DNA of 64,000 nt, from sequence record PQ301181; one strand, written 5' to 3'. Positions 40,750 through 50,380 of the stretch are shown here, piece by piece. Within the stretch, counting starts at the first letter, position 1; each line of letters starts with the position of its first letter. Below the pieces are notes generated by a model. That model had not been told where the DNA came from. It worked only from the letters and a program-made list of their open reading frames with translations, and did not search any database. Both the position numbers and the translations under genes were made by a program. The DNA comes from Escherichia phage EP02SG.

Positions 40750-41850
40750 TTACGCTGTGAAGATTTTATCCCACATCGCAACAACCGCATCTCGGTTATA
40801 CTTCTTCCATACTGCTTCAGCACGTTTAACTCGAGCTTCGTATGTGTCAGTGAATTCTAATACCGCTTTTGTGTAAAGCGCAACTACTTCTTTCTTAGGA
40901 GTAGAGGAATCAATTTCTACACGCACAGTATCCGGGTCATATTCGAATGTCGCGTGCGGATAATCCTTAAAAACTAACTGAATCACAGGGACACCTTTAG
41001 AGATGGCTTCAATAGAACTATTCTCTACCGTACCCGTGTCAGGACACGTATTGATAAGTGCTTTAGCTGTTTTAAGACGTTCCATGATTTCACTGTGTGG
41101 AGCATCAATAATAACAGGATACTTAGCCGGTGGTGCCCATTTACTAGGACAGTATCCTACACCATTTTCGCCTAGTGCTTTAATCGCTTCAAGAGCAACA
41201 TCAGTACGACGCATTTTAGTGTCATAACGTTGTGCACTAATAATCAGATCAGTCGCCGGAAGAACTTCAGGTTTCTCATTCAAACAAATAACCGGATAAT
41301 CTTCGGCTTCAAACAACGGATTTGCTCGCCAATAATCGTAATCAATTTTGTCAGTCAGACCTGAAGTCATATAACAATATTTGCGTTCAAATTCACGGAA
41401 GGCTTTAGTAGGAGCATAACTCTTACCACCATTCTTATGAATTTGAATAGTCTGGTCCCAAATTTGAACAATGCCACGAGATACCGGTTCAAATGGTGTT
41501 GCCATAAAATTCTTATGAACTTTAGAGAGACCTGCGTCTTTAATTGCCTGAACGGTTAGTTTAGTCGGTTCCATAGTAACAACAAAATCGTATTCATGGA
41601 TGCCGGCTAGTTCAACAATCTTACGAGCCATAGTATAACTCATACCTAGACTGAATTTAGTCAGATGACCAACAGGATGGTGTGTAACTTTCCAGTCACC
41701 AAACGTGTCATTATCAAAGCCGATATAATCAATATCAGCACCGATGGACACAAGATATTTCAACACATTTAAATGTACTGCTTCAAGGCCACCTTGTACG
41801 CGGTCAGGATTAAATGGGACTGCACGAGATGGGATAAACATAACTTTCAT
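40750..41850 (-). CDS. putative glycosyltransferase (GT-B fold), candidate DNA sugar transferase
   Basis: 366 aa; N-terminal MKVMFIPSR...GGLE and C-terminal GT-B-like segment (ISAQRYD..RRTDVALEAIKAL; GTVENSSIEAISKGVPVI); between rIIA.1 and gene 39. Confidence 0.55.
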   Translation of the reverse strand: MKVMFIPSRAVPFNPDRVQGGLEAVHLNVLKYLVSIGADIDYIGFDNDTFGDWKVTHHPVGHLTKFSLGMSYTMARKIVELAGIHEYDFVVTMEPTKLTVQAIKDAGLSKVHKNFMATPFEPVSRGIVQIWDQTIQIHKNGGKSYAPTKAFREFERKYCYMTSGLTDKIDYDYWRANPLFEAEDYPVICLNEKPEVLPATDLIISAQRYDTKMRRTDVALEAIKALGENGVGYCPSKWAPPAKYPVIIDAPHSEIMERLKTAKALINTCPDTGTVENSSIEAISKGVPVIQLVFKDYPHATFEYDPDTVRVEIDSSTPKKEVVALYTKAVLEFTDTYEARVKRAEAVWKKYNRDAVVAMWDKIFTA

Positions 41851-41876
41851 AATTAAGCCTTATTAAAATTAAAATG

Positions 41877-41892
41877 AAGCTCCAGAAGGAGC
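41877..41892 (-). terminator. stem-loop after gene 39
   Basis: agctcc agaa ggagct inverted repeat abutting gene 39 stop. Confidence 0.4.
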
Positions 41893-43710
41893 TTAGGACA
41901 TCCATTCTTTACGAAGTTCTGAATCATCACCCAACAACATTTCAAAGAGTTCTTTCCAATTTTCAGGAAGTTTAACTACGTCGTACACAGGGTTCTGAAT
42001 CATTTCACGATATTCTGACTTTTCAAGGGAGCCTAATCCCTTGATGTATCGAATACTATGCTTAGGCAGTGTATCTTTAGCTTCTTCATACTCAGCTACA
42101 GTATAAAACCATTTTTGAGTTTTGCCAATTTGTGCAATAATTACAGGCGTTTTAACAAAGCGAATACGTCCTTGTTCAAACAATTCAGGCCAATTACTAA
42201 AGAAAGCAAGCAAAGCCGGATAAATACTTCCAAGACCGTCATGATCGGCATCGGTCATAATTGCAATATTACGATAGTTCGTATTCTCTGCCTTTTCACC
42301 AAGAATAAGACCTGTGATAGCACAGATATCAAAGAGCTCTTTGTTCTTCATCATATCAGCATATGACATACCCCAGCTATTCATCACCTTACCGCGTAAT
42401 GGGAATCCACCGTGTAGTTCACGGTCACGAACATCGATGAGATAACCAATTGCCGAATCACCTTCTGTTAAGAACAACGTCGTATCTGCATCTTTACCAC
42501 ATTGGTTAGCTTTAATATGCTTATGAACCTTAGCTTTAGTTGCCTTTTTAGCTGCTTTAGTTTCTGCAGCCTTTTCTGCCGCCAATTTACGAGCTAATGC
42601 TGCTTCGACAATAGGCATAATCAAGGCTTCGTTTTTAAGAAGTGCCTGAGCAATTTTCTTAGCATCTAATTGGATATGATTACGAATATCACCATACGTT
42701 GACGTTAAACGTTCTTTAGTCTGAGAATCAAAACGCATGTTGCTCATGTCTCTAATAAACATCAACATTGTGAGACATTCTTTAACACGAGCTTTAGTGA
42801 CTTCAATACCTTTATATTTCTTTTTAATACCGGGCAAAAGATGTTCGCAGATATCATCCATTACACATTCAACATGATGACCACCATTTTTAGTATGGAT
42901 GTTATTCACATAAGTTAAATGACGGAAGCCATCTGGCGATGTTGTGAATGCTATAGAGACTTTATCATTTTCTTGAATGATGTTATCTTCGCCAAATTGT
43001 TTAGCAAATCGTTTAAAATTACCGTCAACCTTTTTACCATTAAATGTGAACTTGATATCAGGATAAACGACTGCCAACGTTTGAAGTCGGTCTAAAGTAA
43101 TATCTAAATAAATTTGAGATAAATTATGCTCTTCAAATGAAGAGAAATCAGGAGTGAAGATTACTTTAGTGCCTTTACCTTTAGATTTCTTAGAAGACCA
43201 TGATTTGTTTTCCATTCCGTTTGAACAGTTAACAGTGATTTCATTTTCGCCATCTGACGTTATGCCTGTAAACAACGTAGAGAAGATATTAGTTAAACTA
43301 CTCCCGACGCCGTTCATACCACCGGTCTTACGTTCAGAGTCATCGCCAAAGTTACCGCCAGCCTTTGGAATAGTCCAGGCTGCTACAGGCCCAGGAATTT
43401 GTTCACCTGTTTGGTCGGTAACTAAACCTTGAGGAATACCACGTCCGTTATCTTCCACCGAAACTTGATTATTTTTAATTTGAACATCAATTTTATTTGC
43501 AAACTTAAATGATGTACGAATAGCTTCATCAACCGAGTTGTCAATAATCTCATCGATTAATTTAACCAGACCAGGAACATATTCAACTTGTTGATATTTA
43601 CCAAACAAAAAACGCTCATGTGCTTCTTTGGCCGAAGAACCAATATACATACCACTACGTTTCTTAATATGTTCTACATCTGACAATACCTTAATTTCAT
43701 TTTTAATCAT
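41893..43710 (-). CDS. 39: DNA topoisomerase II large subunit gp39 (GyrB-like), continuous 605-aa form
   Basis: GHKL ATPase N-terminus and Toprim; 605 aa matches fused 39+60 form of T2/T6-type phages rather than split T4 39/60. Confidence 0.95.
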   Translation of the reverse strand: MIKNEIKVLSDVEHIKKRSGMYIGSSAKEAHERFLFGKYQQVEYVPGLVKLIDEIIDNSVDEAIRTSFKFANKIDVQIKNNQVSVEDNGRGIPQGLVTDQTGEQIPGPVAAWTIPKAGGNFGDDSERKTGGMNGVGSSLTNIFSTLFTGITSDGENEITVNCSNGMENKSWSSKKSKGKGTKVIFTPDFSSFEEHNLSQIYLDITLDRLQTLAVVYPDIKFTFNGKKVDGNFKRFAKQFGEDNIIQENDKVSIAFTTSPDGFRHLTYVNNIHTKNGGHHVECVMDDICEHLLPGIKKKYKGIEVTKARVKECLTMLMFIRDMSNMRFDSQTKERLTSTYGDIRNHIQLDAKKIAQALLKNEALIMPIVEAALARKLAAEKAAETKAAKKATKAKVHKHIKANQCGKDADTTLFLTEGDSAIGYLIDVRDRELHGGFPLRGKVMNSWGMSYADMMKNKELFDICAITGLILGEKAENTNYRNIAIMTDADHDGLGSIYPALLAFFSNWPELFEQGRIRFVKTPVIIAQIGKTQKWFYTVAEYEEAKDTLPKHSIRYIKGLGSLEKSEYREMIQNPVYDVVKLPENWKELFEMLLGDDSELRKEWMS

Positions 43711-43761
43711 GTTGTCTCCTCGTTATGAAGGTATTCTATCATCCGAAATCTAAAGCAAAAA

Positions 43762-43773
43762 GGGCCGAAGCCC
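43762..43773 (-). terminator. stem-loop GGGC-UUCG-GCCC
   Basis: Short GC hairpin between ORF 43774..44199 and gene 39. Confidence 0.4.
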
Positions 43774-44199
43774 TTATTTAAATTTAATTTTCTGAAGTGC
43801 ATCAATTGCAGCCAAACGCCCTTGTTCACTTTTAACTGTAATGACCACATCGCCTGATACGATCACCGAACCATCAACAAATTCTATAGAGCCTTTTTTG
43901 AAATCGACAGCTGTATCTGATTCCGGAACTTCTTCAAAGAATTTAAATTCTGCACCATAAAGCAGAATATCACCTTGCATACTATGAATAGTTCGGCCAT
44001 AATCGCCTACGGCTTCTACAGCAATAACCGAAACGCCGTAACCAATCATCTCTTCCACAATAAAATCTTTAGACAATAAAGTAGTATGCAGATTAGTATT
44101 AAGACGTTTACCAGTCGTATTAAGAATTCTCAAGAAATTATCTTCCTGTCCTTTGATAATACGATATTTCTTACCAACTTCAAAACCTTTAAAAGCCAT
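43774..44199 (-). CDS. hypothetical protein (141 aa)
   Basis: ORF track; hairpin 43762-43773 downstream. Confidence 0.5.
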   Translation of the reverse strand: MAFKGFEVGKKYRIIKGQEDNFLRILNTTGKRLNTNLHTTLLSKDFIVEEMIGYGVSVIAVEAVGDYGRTIHSMQGDILLYGAEFKFFEEVPESDTAVDFKKGSIEFVDGSVIVSGDVVITVKSEQGRLAAIDALQKIKFK

Positions 44200-44201
44200 A
44201 A

Positions 44202-44381
44202 TTAACCCTTCTTAAGTAAGTCGTAAAAACCACCGTTCACATGTTTAGGAGCAGAAACCCGACGAGTAGACAGACGATGACATTCAGGGCAAACATCGTT
44301 TTCTCGTTCAGAAATCCTTTTAATTTTTTCATATTCATGACCACAATCTTCAGATTGACATTTATAGTCGTATAACGGCAT
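44202..44381 (-). CDS. FmdB-family zinc-ribbon protein (59 aa), hand-translated
   Basis: MPLYDYKCQSEDCGHEYE...CPECH: MP.Y.Y.C..CG..FE-type CxxC...CxxC ribbon; stop 3 nt from next gene start. Confidence 0.5.
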   Translation of the reverse strand: MPLYDYKCQSEDCGHEYEKIKRISERENDVCPECHRLSTRRVSAPKHVNGGFYDLLKKG

Positions 44382-44383
44382 TA

Positions 44384-44812
44384 TTATTCCTTAAAATGTG
44401 CTTTCAACATTTGATACAAAGACCATGCCTGGTCATTATTTTCGATAGTAATCGTCATCACAGGAAATTCAGACAATTCTTCAAGTTCACCAGAATCTTG
44501 CTCTTCGGACGCTTGATATGGATTTTCAACTTCGTCAAAGAACTCTGCTTCATTCGTGGAGAGCCAGATAAAGTTTTCATCAAGGATATCACCGCCTGTT
44601 GCGTATCCAACCGTGCCAGTAGATGTCACAATTTTAGTAGGACGACCAAGATGGTCAACATCTAATACTTTAAATGGTTCCATGCCAAGACGTCGTGCAT
44701 AAATCCCATTATCAGTGTGGTCTTTAATAAACTCTTCTTGGGCACGTTTATCTATAAATTGGTACCATGAGTTAACGCGGAATTTATTAGCCATTAGTAA
44801 GTTTCCTTCCAA
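44384..44812 (-). CDS. hypothetical protein (142 aa)
   Basis: ORF track. Confidence 0.5.
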   Translation of the reverse strand: MEGNLLMANKFRVNSWYQFIDKRAQEEFIKDHTDNGIYARRLGMEPFKVLDVDHLGRPTKIVTSTGTVGYATGGDILDENFIWLSTNEAEFFDEVENPYQASEEQDSGELEELSEFPVMTITIENNDQAWSLYQMLKAHFKE

Positions 44813-45021
44813 TAAGTTGTACCGTTTTCAGTGATTTCACGGAAGATGCCATAGATAGGCATTTCGTCACCGGGTTTTTCGTAAACGTAAACCACTTCGG
44901 TGTAGCATAAAAATTCAGTCCAATTTTTCTGTACAACAACTAAATCAGGATTAAACAGAACATCTTCAAACTCATCGATGTTTGAATCAGTAGTTACGTT
45001 TTTAATGATTTGACGTTTCAT
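44794..45021 (-). CDS. hypothetical protein (about 75 aa)
   Basis: Track ORF 44794..45066 trimmed to ATG 45019-45021 with GAGGAGA SD; track extension crosses promoter. Confidence 0.45.
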   Translation of the reverse strand: MKRQIIKNVTTDSNIDEFEDVLFNPDLVVVQKNWTEFLCYTEVVYVYEKPGDEMPIYGIFREITENGTTYWKETY

Positions 45022-45078
45022 AATATTCTCCTCTTGTTTTGATAGGTCTATAGTATCATAGGCCATAGTTGTTGTACA

Positions 45079-45603
45079 TCATTTTAGCAAAATAAAATCA
45101 ACTTGTTCTGCCAATGAACGTCTAAACATTAATTGACAACTTCCGAGGATGAAATCAGGTGCTTCATAGACCGCGATGTAGTATCCTTTAGCTTTCAAGA
45201 GTTCAACATCCACCTGGTCATCAAACCATGCATAAACCGCGTCAACACTTTCAAATCCAAAATAGAACCCTTGGGCCCAATCTTCACTCAATTCAAATGT
45301 GTGCTCAATTCTATAGTATCTTAAGATATTTTGTTCAAGGAGTTTATCTTCATTTACTGTAGGACGATTAGGAACATTATAGTTGTCGCCGTGATGGTAG
45401 AAGTTACCTGAGATTATTCCATGTTTATCAAGGAACTCCCATGTTTCTTCAGAGTTGTCGGTGCCCGACCATCCGTATGGCGAACGAGGTTCTTTATTCC
45501 AAGAGGTTTCCCAAATTCTGACGGCTTTACCATCTTCGATAGCAATTCCTGGTAATGATTCACGTTGAGTACAAAAACTACGTTCTACGCGGTAAACTAA
45601 CAT
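45079..45603 (-). CDS. hypothetical protein (174 aa)
   Basis: ORF track; GAGGAGA SD and promoter-like element upstream. Confidence 0.55.
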   Translation of the reverse strand: MLVYRVERSFCTQRESLPGIAIEDGKAVRIWETSWNKEPRSPYGWSGTDNSEETWEFLDKHGIISGNFYHHGDNYNVPNRPTVNEDKLLEQNILRYYRIEHTFELSEDWAQGFYFGFESVDAVYAWFDDQVDVELLKAKGYYIAVYEAPDFILGSCQLMFRRSLAEQVDFILLK

Positions 45604-45662
45604 ATTATTCTCCTCTAGTTGATATGGTTATAATATCAAAACCAGAGGAGAAGTAAACAACT

Positions 45663-46082
45663 TTATGCGAAAGCAGCTTGGATATATTTTTTAATTTGGA
45701 ATTCAGGAACTACCATGAACTGACCAGCGAAAACGATGTTATAAAGCTTAACACCGTCTTCAACCCATTGGTCACTAATGAAGCCGGCGATTTGCTTAGT
45801 TTTCCACGGCGTTCCATCAGTTGCCGAAGCAATAGTGAATTCATGGTCTTTTTCAACAGAAACTGATCTGCATAGTCCCCATTTGAACGCTTTTTCTTCT
45901 GGTTCAATGAATTGGCTTGAGACGTAGCCAATATTACCATTAGCATCACGAACTTTAACTTGGTTACGACCAAAAACCGGATCACTCACAGAAAGAACTT
46001 CAACCAACTTCCCGGCAACTTTAGAGCGAGAAGCAACAGATACATATACGTAATCACCTGTAGAGAGATTTACAATATTCAT
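45663..46082 (-). CDS. hypothetical protein, tandem paralog family member A (139 aa)
   Basis: Shares N-terminal SASRSK.AG.LVEV and C-terminal FISDQWVEDG.KLYNIVF.G.F.VV motifs with ORF 46092..46547. Confidence 0.6.
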   Translation of the reverse strand: MNIVNLSTGDYVYVSVASRSKVAGKLVEVLSVSDPVFGRNQVKVRDANGNIGYVSSQFIEPEEKAFKWGLCRSVSVEKDHEFTIASATDGTPWKTKQIAGFISDQWVEDGVKLYNIVFAGQFMVVPEFQIKKYIQAAFA

Positions 46083-46091
46083 AATAATTCC

Positions 46092-46547
46092 TTAAGCTTT
46101 ACGAGGAGACACATAGCGAGTGATTTCAGATTCTTTAACAACTCGGAAGTCACCTAAGAATACGATATTGTATAACTTTTCACCATCTTCAACCCATTGG
46201 TCACTGATGAAGCCGCACATAATATCAGTTTTGTTTGGATAACCATATTCGTCGATGAAATCAAATTCTTTATCAGTCCGGAATTCAACGCCTTTGCAAA
46301 GGGCCCATTTGAACTGTACATTAGGTTCAGTAGAAGCAAAATGAGCGCTCACATGAGTTTCCAAGAATTTAGGACTTACGTAAGCGTACTGAGTTTCAGT
46401 TTTTCCAGAACTAGGAATGATTCGAACTTTAACTTCTTTAACACGTCCAGTACCATTAGTACGAAGTCCTACCACTTCAACTAGACGACCTGCAGCTTTA
46501 GAACGAGATGCAGACGATACACGCTTAATTTCACCAATAGTAATCAT
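46092..46547 (-). CDS. hypothetical protein, tandem paralog family member B (151 aa)
   Basis: See paralog A; own promoter-like element 46579-46609. Confidence 0.6.
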   Translation of the reverse strand: MITIGEIKRVSSASRSKAAGRLVEVVGLRTNGTGRVKEVKVRIIPSSGKTETQYAYVSPKFLETHVSAHFASTEPNVQFKWALCKGVEFRTDKEFDFIDEYGYPNKTDIMCGFISDQWVEDGEKLYNIVFLGDFRVVKESEITRYVSPRKA

Positions 46548-46611
46548 AATTTCTCTCTCTCTTTGTTTAAATTGAATTCATTATACTCCATCCATCCTTG
46601 GATGTACAACA

Positions 46612-47106
46612 TTAATTAAGGATATTAACCACAGCACTACGTGGAACTACACTAAAATCACCTGCATGAACAACGTTCAGAAGTTCAACACCGTCTTCAA
46701 TCCACTGATCAGTTACCCATCCATTTACTGGACCTGCGAACGGACGTCGAATTGAAACATATTTACACAACAAATCAGTAGGCTCAATAGGCTTAATCAG
46801 AGTACCGTACATACAAGCGATATCCATATCAATACAGATATCTTTAACGGGTTCTACTTCTTTAATCAACAGTTCAAAGTCGGTGCTTGGAAGGGCGGTA
46901 GTAGAAATTGTACCATATGAATTTTTAATTTCTAAGAATAACCAAGGGCCTTCAACTTGTTTGATGAAGTTAACAATAGTGAAACTATTACCTTGAGTGG
47001 CACCTAAAATTTCACAAAACTTTTCATAAGCTCGCACTGAAGCACCATACCAGTTGATTTGTTTTTCATCTTTCAGGATGTAAGTAGCCGTTGTATTGAT
47101 ATTCAT
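46612..47106 (-). CDS. hypothetical protein, tandem paralog family member C (about 164 aa)
   Basis: C-terminal W.TDQWIEDGVELLNVVHAGDFSVV matches paralogs A/B; start trimmed to ATG 47104-47106. Confidence 0.55.
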   Translation of the reverse strand: MNINTTATYILKDEKQINWYGASVRAYEKFCEILGATQGNSFTIVNFIKQVEGPWLFLEIKNSYGTISTTALPSTDFELLIKEVEPVKDICIDMDIACMYGTLIKPIEPTDLLCKYVSIRRPFAGPVNGWVTDQWIEDGVELLNVVHAGDFSVVPRSAVVNILN

Positions 47107-47171
47107 AATGTTTTCCTGTTTGGTTAAGATAGAAAGATTATACTCCAACCATCCTTGGTTGTAAACTGGTT

Positions 47172-47849
47172 TTATCGCTGTTTTACACTTAACGGGTCAG
47201 GATTCTCAGGGACATCTTCAAGGCCAAGCGCATAACGCTGAGCATATTTTAACATCAAAATATCTTTAGCACAATCGTGAATACTATCATGGGCAACGAA
47301 TCCTTTTAGCGTACCCATCGGTAATGGACACATACTTAATCCTCGTGTCAACGAGTAAGCTTCGATTGCTGTACGAATATCACGTTGAGCCCAGAATTTA
47401 ACCGGTTCTAATTTATCAGTATCAATATCTGGTTCAAGAACACCTTCATCACGATAGAGATCACGAATCAAATCTACCAAGATCGGGAAGTCAAAGCTCA
47501 TACCACGGCACCACATCTGTGATTTCCATTGGTCAACTTTATTAGCTCGGCAATAGTCTAAAAAGATTTTAATGCCTTCAAGCGTAGTGACATCGTCTTC
47601 AGACGGAGCCAAGTTTTTACGTGCTTCAGCTGATTGTTCTTTCCACCATTTCATAGTGGTTTTAGCGAAAACTCGCTTCCCTTTCTGAGAAGCTAAATTA
47701 AATTTAATTCGTTTACCTCGTTGAACAAGTTCTTCAAATGATTCAACAACTTCAGGGTCGGAATTATATGCAATAACCGCAAGGTCAATAACAGCCGCTT
47801 TTGATGTATTGCCGAATGTTTCAAAATCTATAATAACATCAGTGCTCAT
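47172..47849 (-). CDS. dexA: exonuclease A (DnaQ-like 3'-5' exonuclease)
   Basis: 225 aa (T4 227); Exo motifs DFETFG and HDSIHD. Confidence 0.85.
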   Translation of the reverse strand: MSTDVIIDFETFGNTSKAAVIDLAVIAYNSDPEVVESFEELVQRGKRIKFNLASQKGKRVFAKTTMKWWKEQSAEARKNLAPSEDDVTTLEGIKIFLDYCRANKVDQWKSQMWCRGMSFDFPILVDLIRDLYRDEGVLEPDIDTDKLEPVKFWAQRDIRTAIEAYSLTRGLSMCPLPMGTLKGFVAHDSIHDCAKDILMLKYAQRYALGLEDVPENPDPLSVKQR

Positions 47850-47858
47850 AATTTTCTC

Positions 47859-49172
47859 TCAAATAAAATGGACGTCAAACCGACCACGAGTTGTGCCGAC
47901 ATACAATAACTGTTTAGCTAATTCTGAATCAGCATAATGGATACACGGTGTATAAACAAAGGCCGTGTCAACAGACATACCCTGGGCCTTATGGAAGGTT
48001 GATACTGGTAGTGCCTTCACCTTAGTGAACATACGTTTAGCATCCCAGAATTCGCTCCATGGAGCTTTACCACCTTTATTCCAAAATTTGTATGTTTCTG
48101 CGGTCTTAGCCAAAAACAAATTGAATTTATAAAGCTCTTCTTCAGAAGAAATAACCTTTATATCTTCGCGGATATATTCTTCATCATCCCCATATGTTTC
48201 TACTGTAAGATTCCAGTATCGTATCATATATTCGCCTGAAACACCACGTGCTTTAACGAATGTAGACGTTTCTACAGCATCTCGAATACGAACGAATTGA
48301 CCGTTATTGAAAAGCATTTCGGTCATATTTTTACCATCTAGCTTATATGTCTTAGTAAACGGCTCTTGTAGAACAATGACTTCGTCTTTAATAAATGGTT
48401 TTTCTGTTTCAAGAAGTTTTCGTCGAATAATTGAATTTAACTTGTCCACCGACTTATTTGTGAATGCCATCATTCGATTTTCGAAAAGGTCTTCAGGAGT
48501 TTTAACGACGTTAAAATAGTTCATCATATATGATTTAAGGTCTGTATATCCATGAACACCATGTCCATCAACTACTTTATCATAAATCCATTTGCCATTA
48601 CGAATATCAGTCGCAACATCAATAATTGGTGCGTTGCTACGTTTAACTTCTGTAAGGTTGCATTGCACGAAGTCTTTGTGAGTGAAGAAAGGACTTAGAT
48701 ACGCAGTTGATTCGCCTGGGTCTACCGGACGAATCTGACATCGGTCGCCGATTCCAATTACTGTACACCATTTAGGGATACTAGCTAACATTATTTTAAA
48801 CAGAGAACGGTCGCACATTGACGCTTCATCAAATAACAGTACACGGCACAAGGCTAAGTCTGGAACCTTTTTCTGTTCAAACAATACGTTTTCTTCGTAT
48901 GTAGTTGGGTTGATTTTAAGAATGCTATGAATAGTCGATGCTTCTTGACCAGCGAGTTTGCTTAGAACCTTTTTAGCAGCATGTGTAGGGGCTGCTAAAA
49001 TAATACCTGATTCTCCAGAAGAAATAAGGGCTTCAACGATGAATCTAGTAAGGGTTGTTTTACCTGTACCAGCGGGCCCATTAATAGTTACGTGATGTTT
49101 CTTTTCTTTAATAGCGTTCATAACAACGTTGAAGGCGTTTTTCTGGCCTTCAGTCAAATCATCAAATGTCAT
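47859..49172 (-). CDS. dda: Dda DNA helicase (SF1B)
   Basis: 437 aa (T4 439); Walker A GPAGTGKTT. Confidence 0.9.
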   Translation of the reverse strand: MTFDDLTEGQKNAFNVVMNAIKEKKHHVTINGPAGTGKTTLTRFIVEALISSGESGIILAAPTHAAKKVLSKLAGQEASTIHSILKINPTTYEENVLFEQKKVPDLALCRVLLFDEASMCDRSLFKIMLASIPKWCTVIGIGDRCQIRPVDPGESTAYLSPFFTHKDFVQCNLTEVKRSNAPIIDVATDIRNGKWIYDKVVDGHGVHGYTDLKSYMMNYFNVVKTPEDLFENRMMAFTNKSVDKLNSIIRRKLLETEKPFIKDEVIVLQEPFTKTYKLDGKNMTEMLFNNGQFVRIRDAVETSTFVKARGVSGEYMIRYWNLTVETYGDDEEYIREDIKVISSEEELYKFNLFLAKTAETYKFWNKGGKAPWSEFWDAKRMFTKVKALPVSTFHKAQGMSVDTAFVYTPCIHYADSELAKQLLYVGTTRGRFDVHFI

Positions 49173-49480
49173 CGTAAAGTCCCTGCAATTGGAATACTAA
49201 CAATACGGCCTGTGTCCAGGATTCGCTGATACAATTTTTGCGTCTCCGCATCTAGTTTAACGTGTTTCATTTCAAGCTTATTAAACCAGAACTTACGCGG
49301 AGTTTCGACCATTCTTAGAACTCCCATTTTTAAATCTGTTTTATACTGTGTTTTCAAAGTATCGAAAACTTTATCTGCAATATCCTTTCTAAAAAATACT
49401 GCAGGACGATGCTCATCAAGTGGAACCGGGACAGTAAATCCTTCCATATCTCGATAAACTATTGCATATACATAAACCAT
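49169..49480 (-). CDS. hypothetical protein (103 aa; dda.1 position)
   Basis: ORF track. Confidence 0.5.
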   Translation of the reverse strand: MVYVYAIVYRDMEGFTVPVPLDEHRPAVFFRKDIADKVFDTLKTQYKTDLKMGVLRMVETPRKFWFNKLEMKHVKLDAETQKLYQRILDTGRIVSIPIAGTLR

Positions 49481-49482
49481 AA

Positions 49483-50229
49483 TTAACCTTTAATCAGTTG
49501 GAATAATGATGCGCTAAGTGGTAAGCCACGTTTCAATTTTAATTTGCCAATGAAACCAATCTTTTCAAAACGTTGCAGACCTTGGATAACTTTATCATAT
49601 GTATCGAAAAGCGATTCAGCGTCAGTTAATTTAGTTTTAGTTTTCCAGTCAGAGCCTTTAAGAAGAACGTTGAGTTTAGTAAGTTCATGGCCTTCTGCTT
49701 GATGTGAGCCATTAATGCGTGCTTTCAAAGCAACAATTCTAAGTTTAGATTCGTTAGATAAAGGTTGATTTTTCATCATGTTCGCCATATGCTTAACACG
49801 ATTTTCACGTTTTGCTCGGATTTTTAAAATAGTACCATAAACCTTTTTAATTTGGGCCCATTTCTTCTCGTCGAGATTAAGTTTCTCTACTTTACGGGCA
49901 GAAGGATTAGCGATACGTCTTGCAATGGCATCACGTTTTTCAATAAGTTCTTCTAATGTTAAATCAGAACGAGCCGTGTTATATTTTTTCTTAACCGGGA
50001 TAACATTACCTTTAATGTAGCCGATATCGTTATTAAAACGTTCTAAGGATAATTTCTCACCTTCAACAGAGTTATTGAAAGATTCACCTGAGTAAGCGCA
50101 GACCTTTTGATCAAGAATGTTTTTAAGGTAATTAAAGTCTAAGTTAAAATCCTTAGAGCGTCTCTTCGCAGAAGCTCTGGTGTGGTCAAGACGACGATTG
50201 ATTTTGTTAATTTTATTATTTGATAACAT
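49483..50229 (-). CDS. hypothetical basic protein (248 aa), Srd-like by position
   Basis: Lys/Arg-rich; position and size similar to T4 srd; no sequence recall. Confidence 0.4.
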   Translation of the reverse strand: MLSNNKINKINRRLDHTRASAKRRSKDFNLDFNYLKNILDQKVCAYSGESFNNSVEGEKLSLERFNNDIGYIKGNVIPVKKKYNTARSDLTLEELIEKRDAIARRIANPSARKVEKLNLDEKKWAQIKKVYGTILKIRAKRENRVKHMANMMKNQPLSNESKLRIVALKARINGSHQAEGHELTKLNVLLKGSDWKTKTKLTDAESLFDTYDKVIQGLQRFEKIGFIGKLKLKRGLPLSASLFQLIKG

Positions 50230-50380
50230 AATATTTTCCTCTGTCTTACGGACGTTAGGTCATTTATCTGATAGGTCTATAATATCATGCCCTCAGGTAG
50301 TGTACACTCTTTTTCATAAAATGCTTTAATTTTTTATGTGTTATAATGGTTCTGAGTTCCATCCGGTTATTCCAATCCAG

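Noticed and set aside
41850-41893. Gene 60-type translational bypass element
   Set aside because: Gene 39 is a single uninterrupted 605-aa ORF; no split gene or take-off/landing hairpin context.
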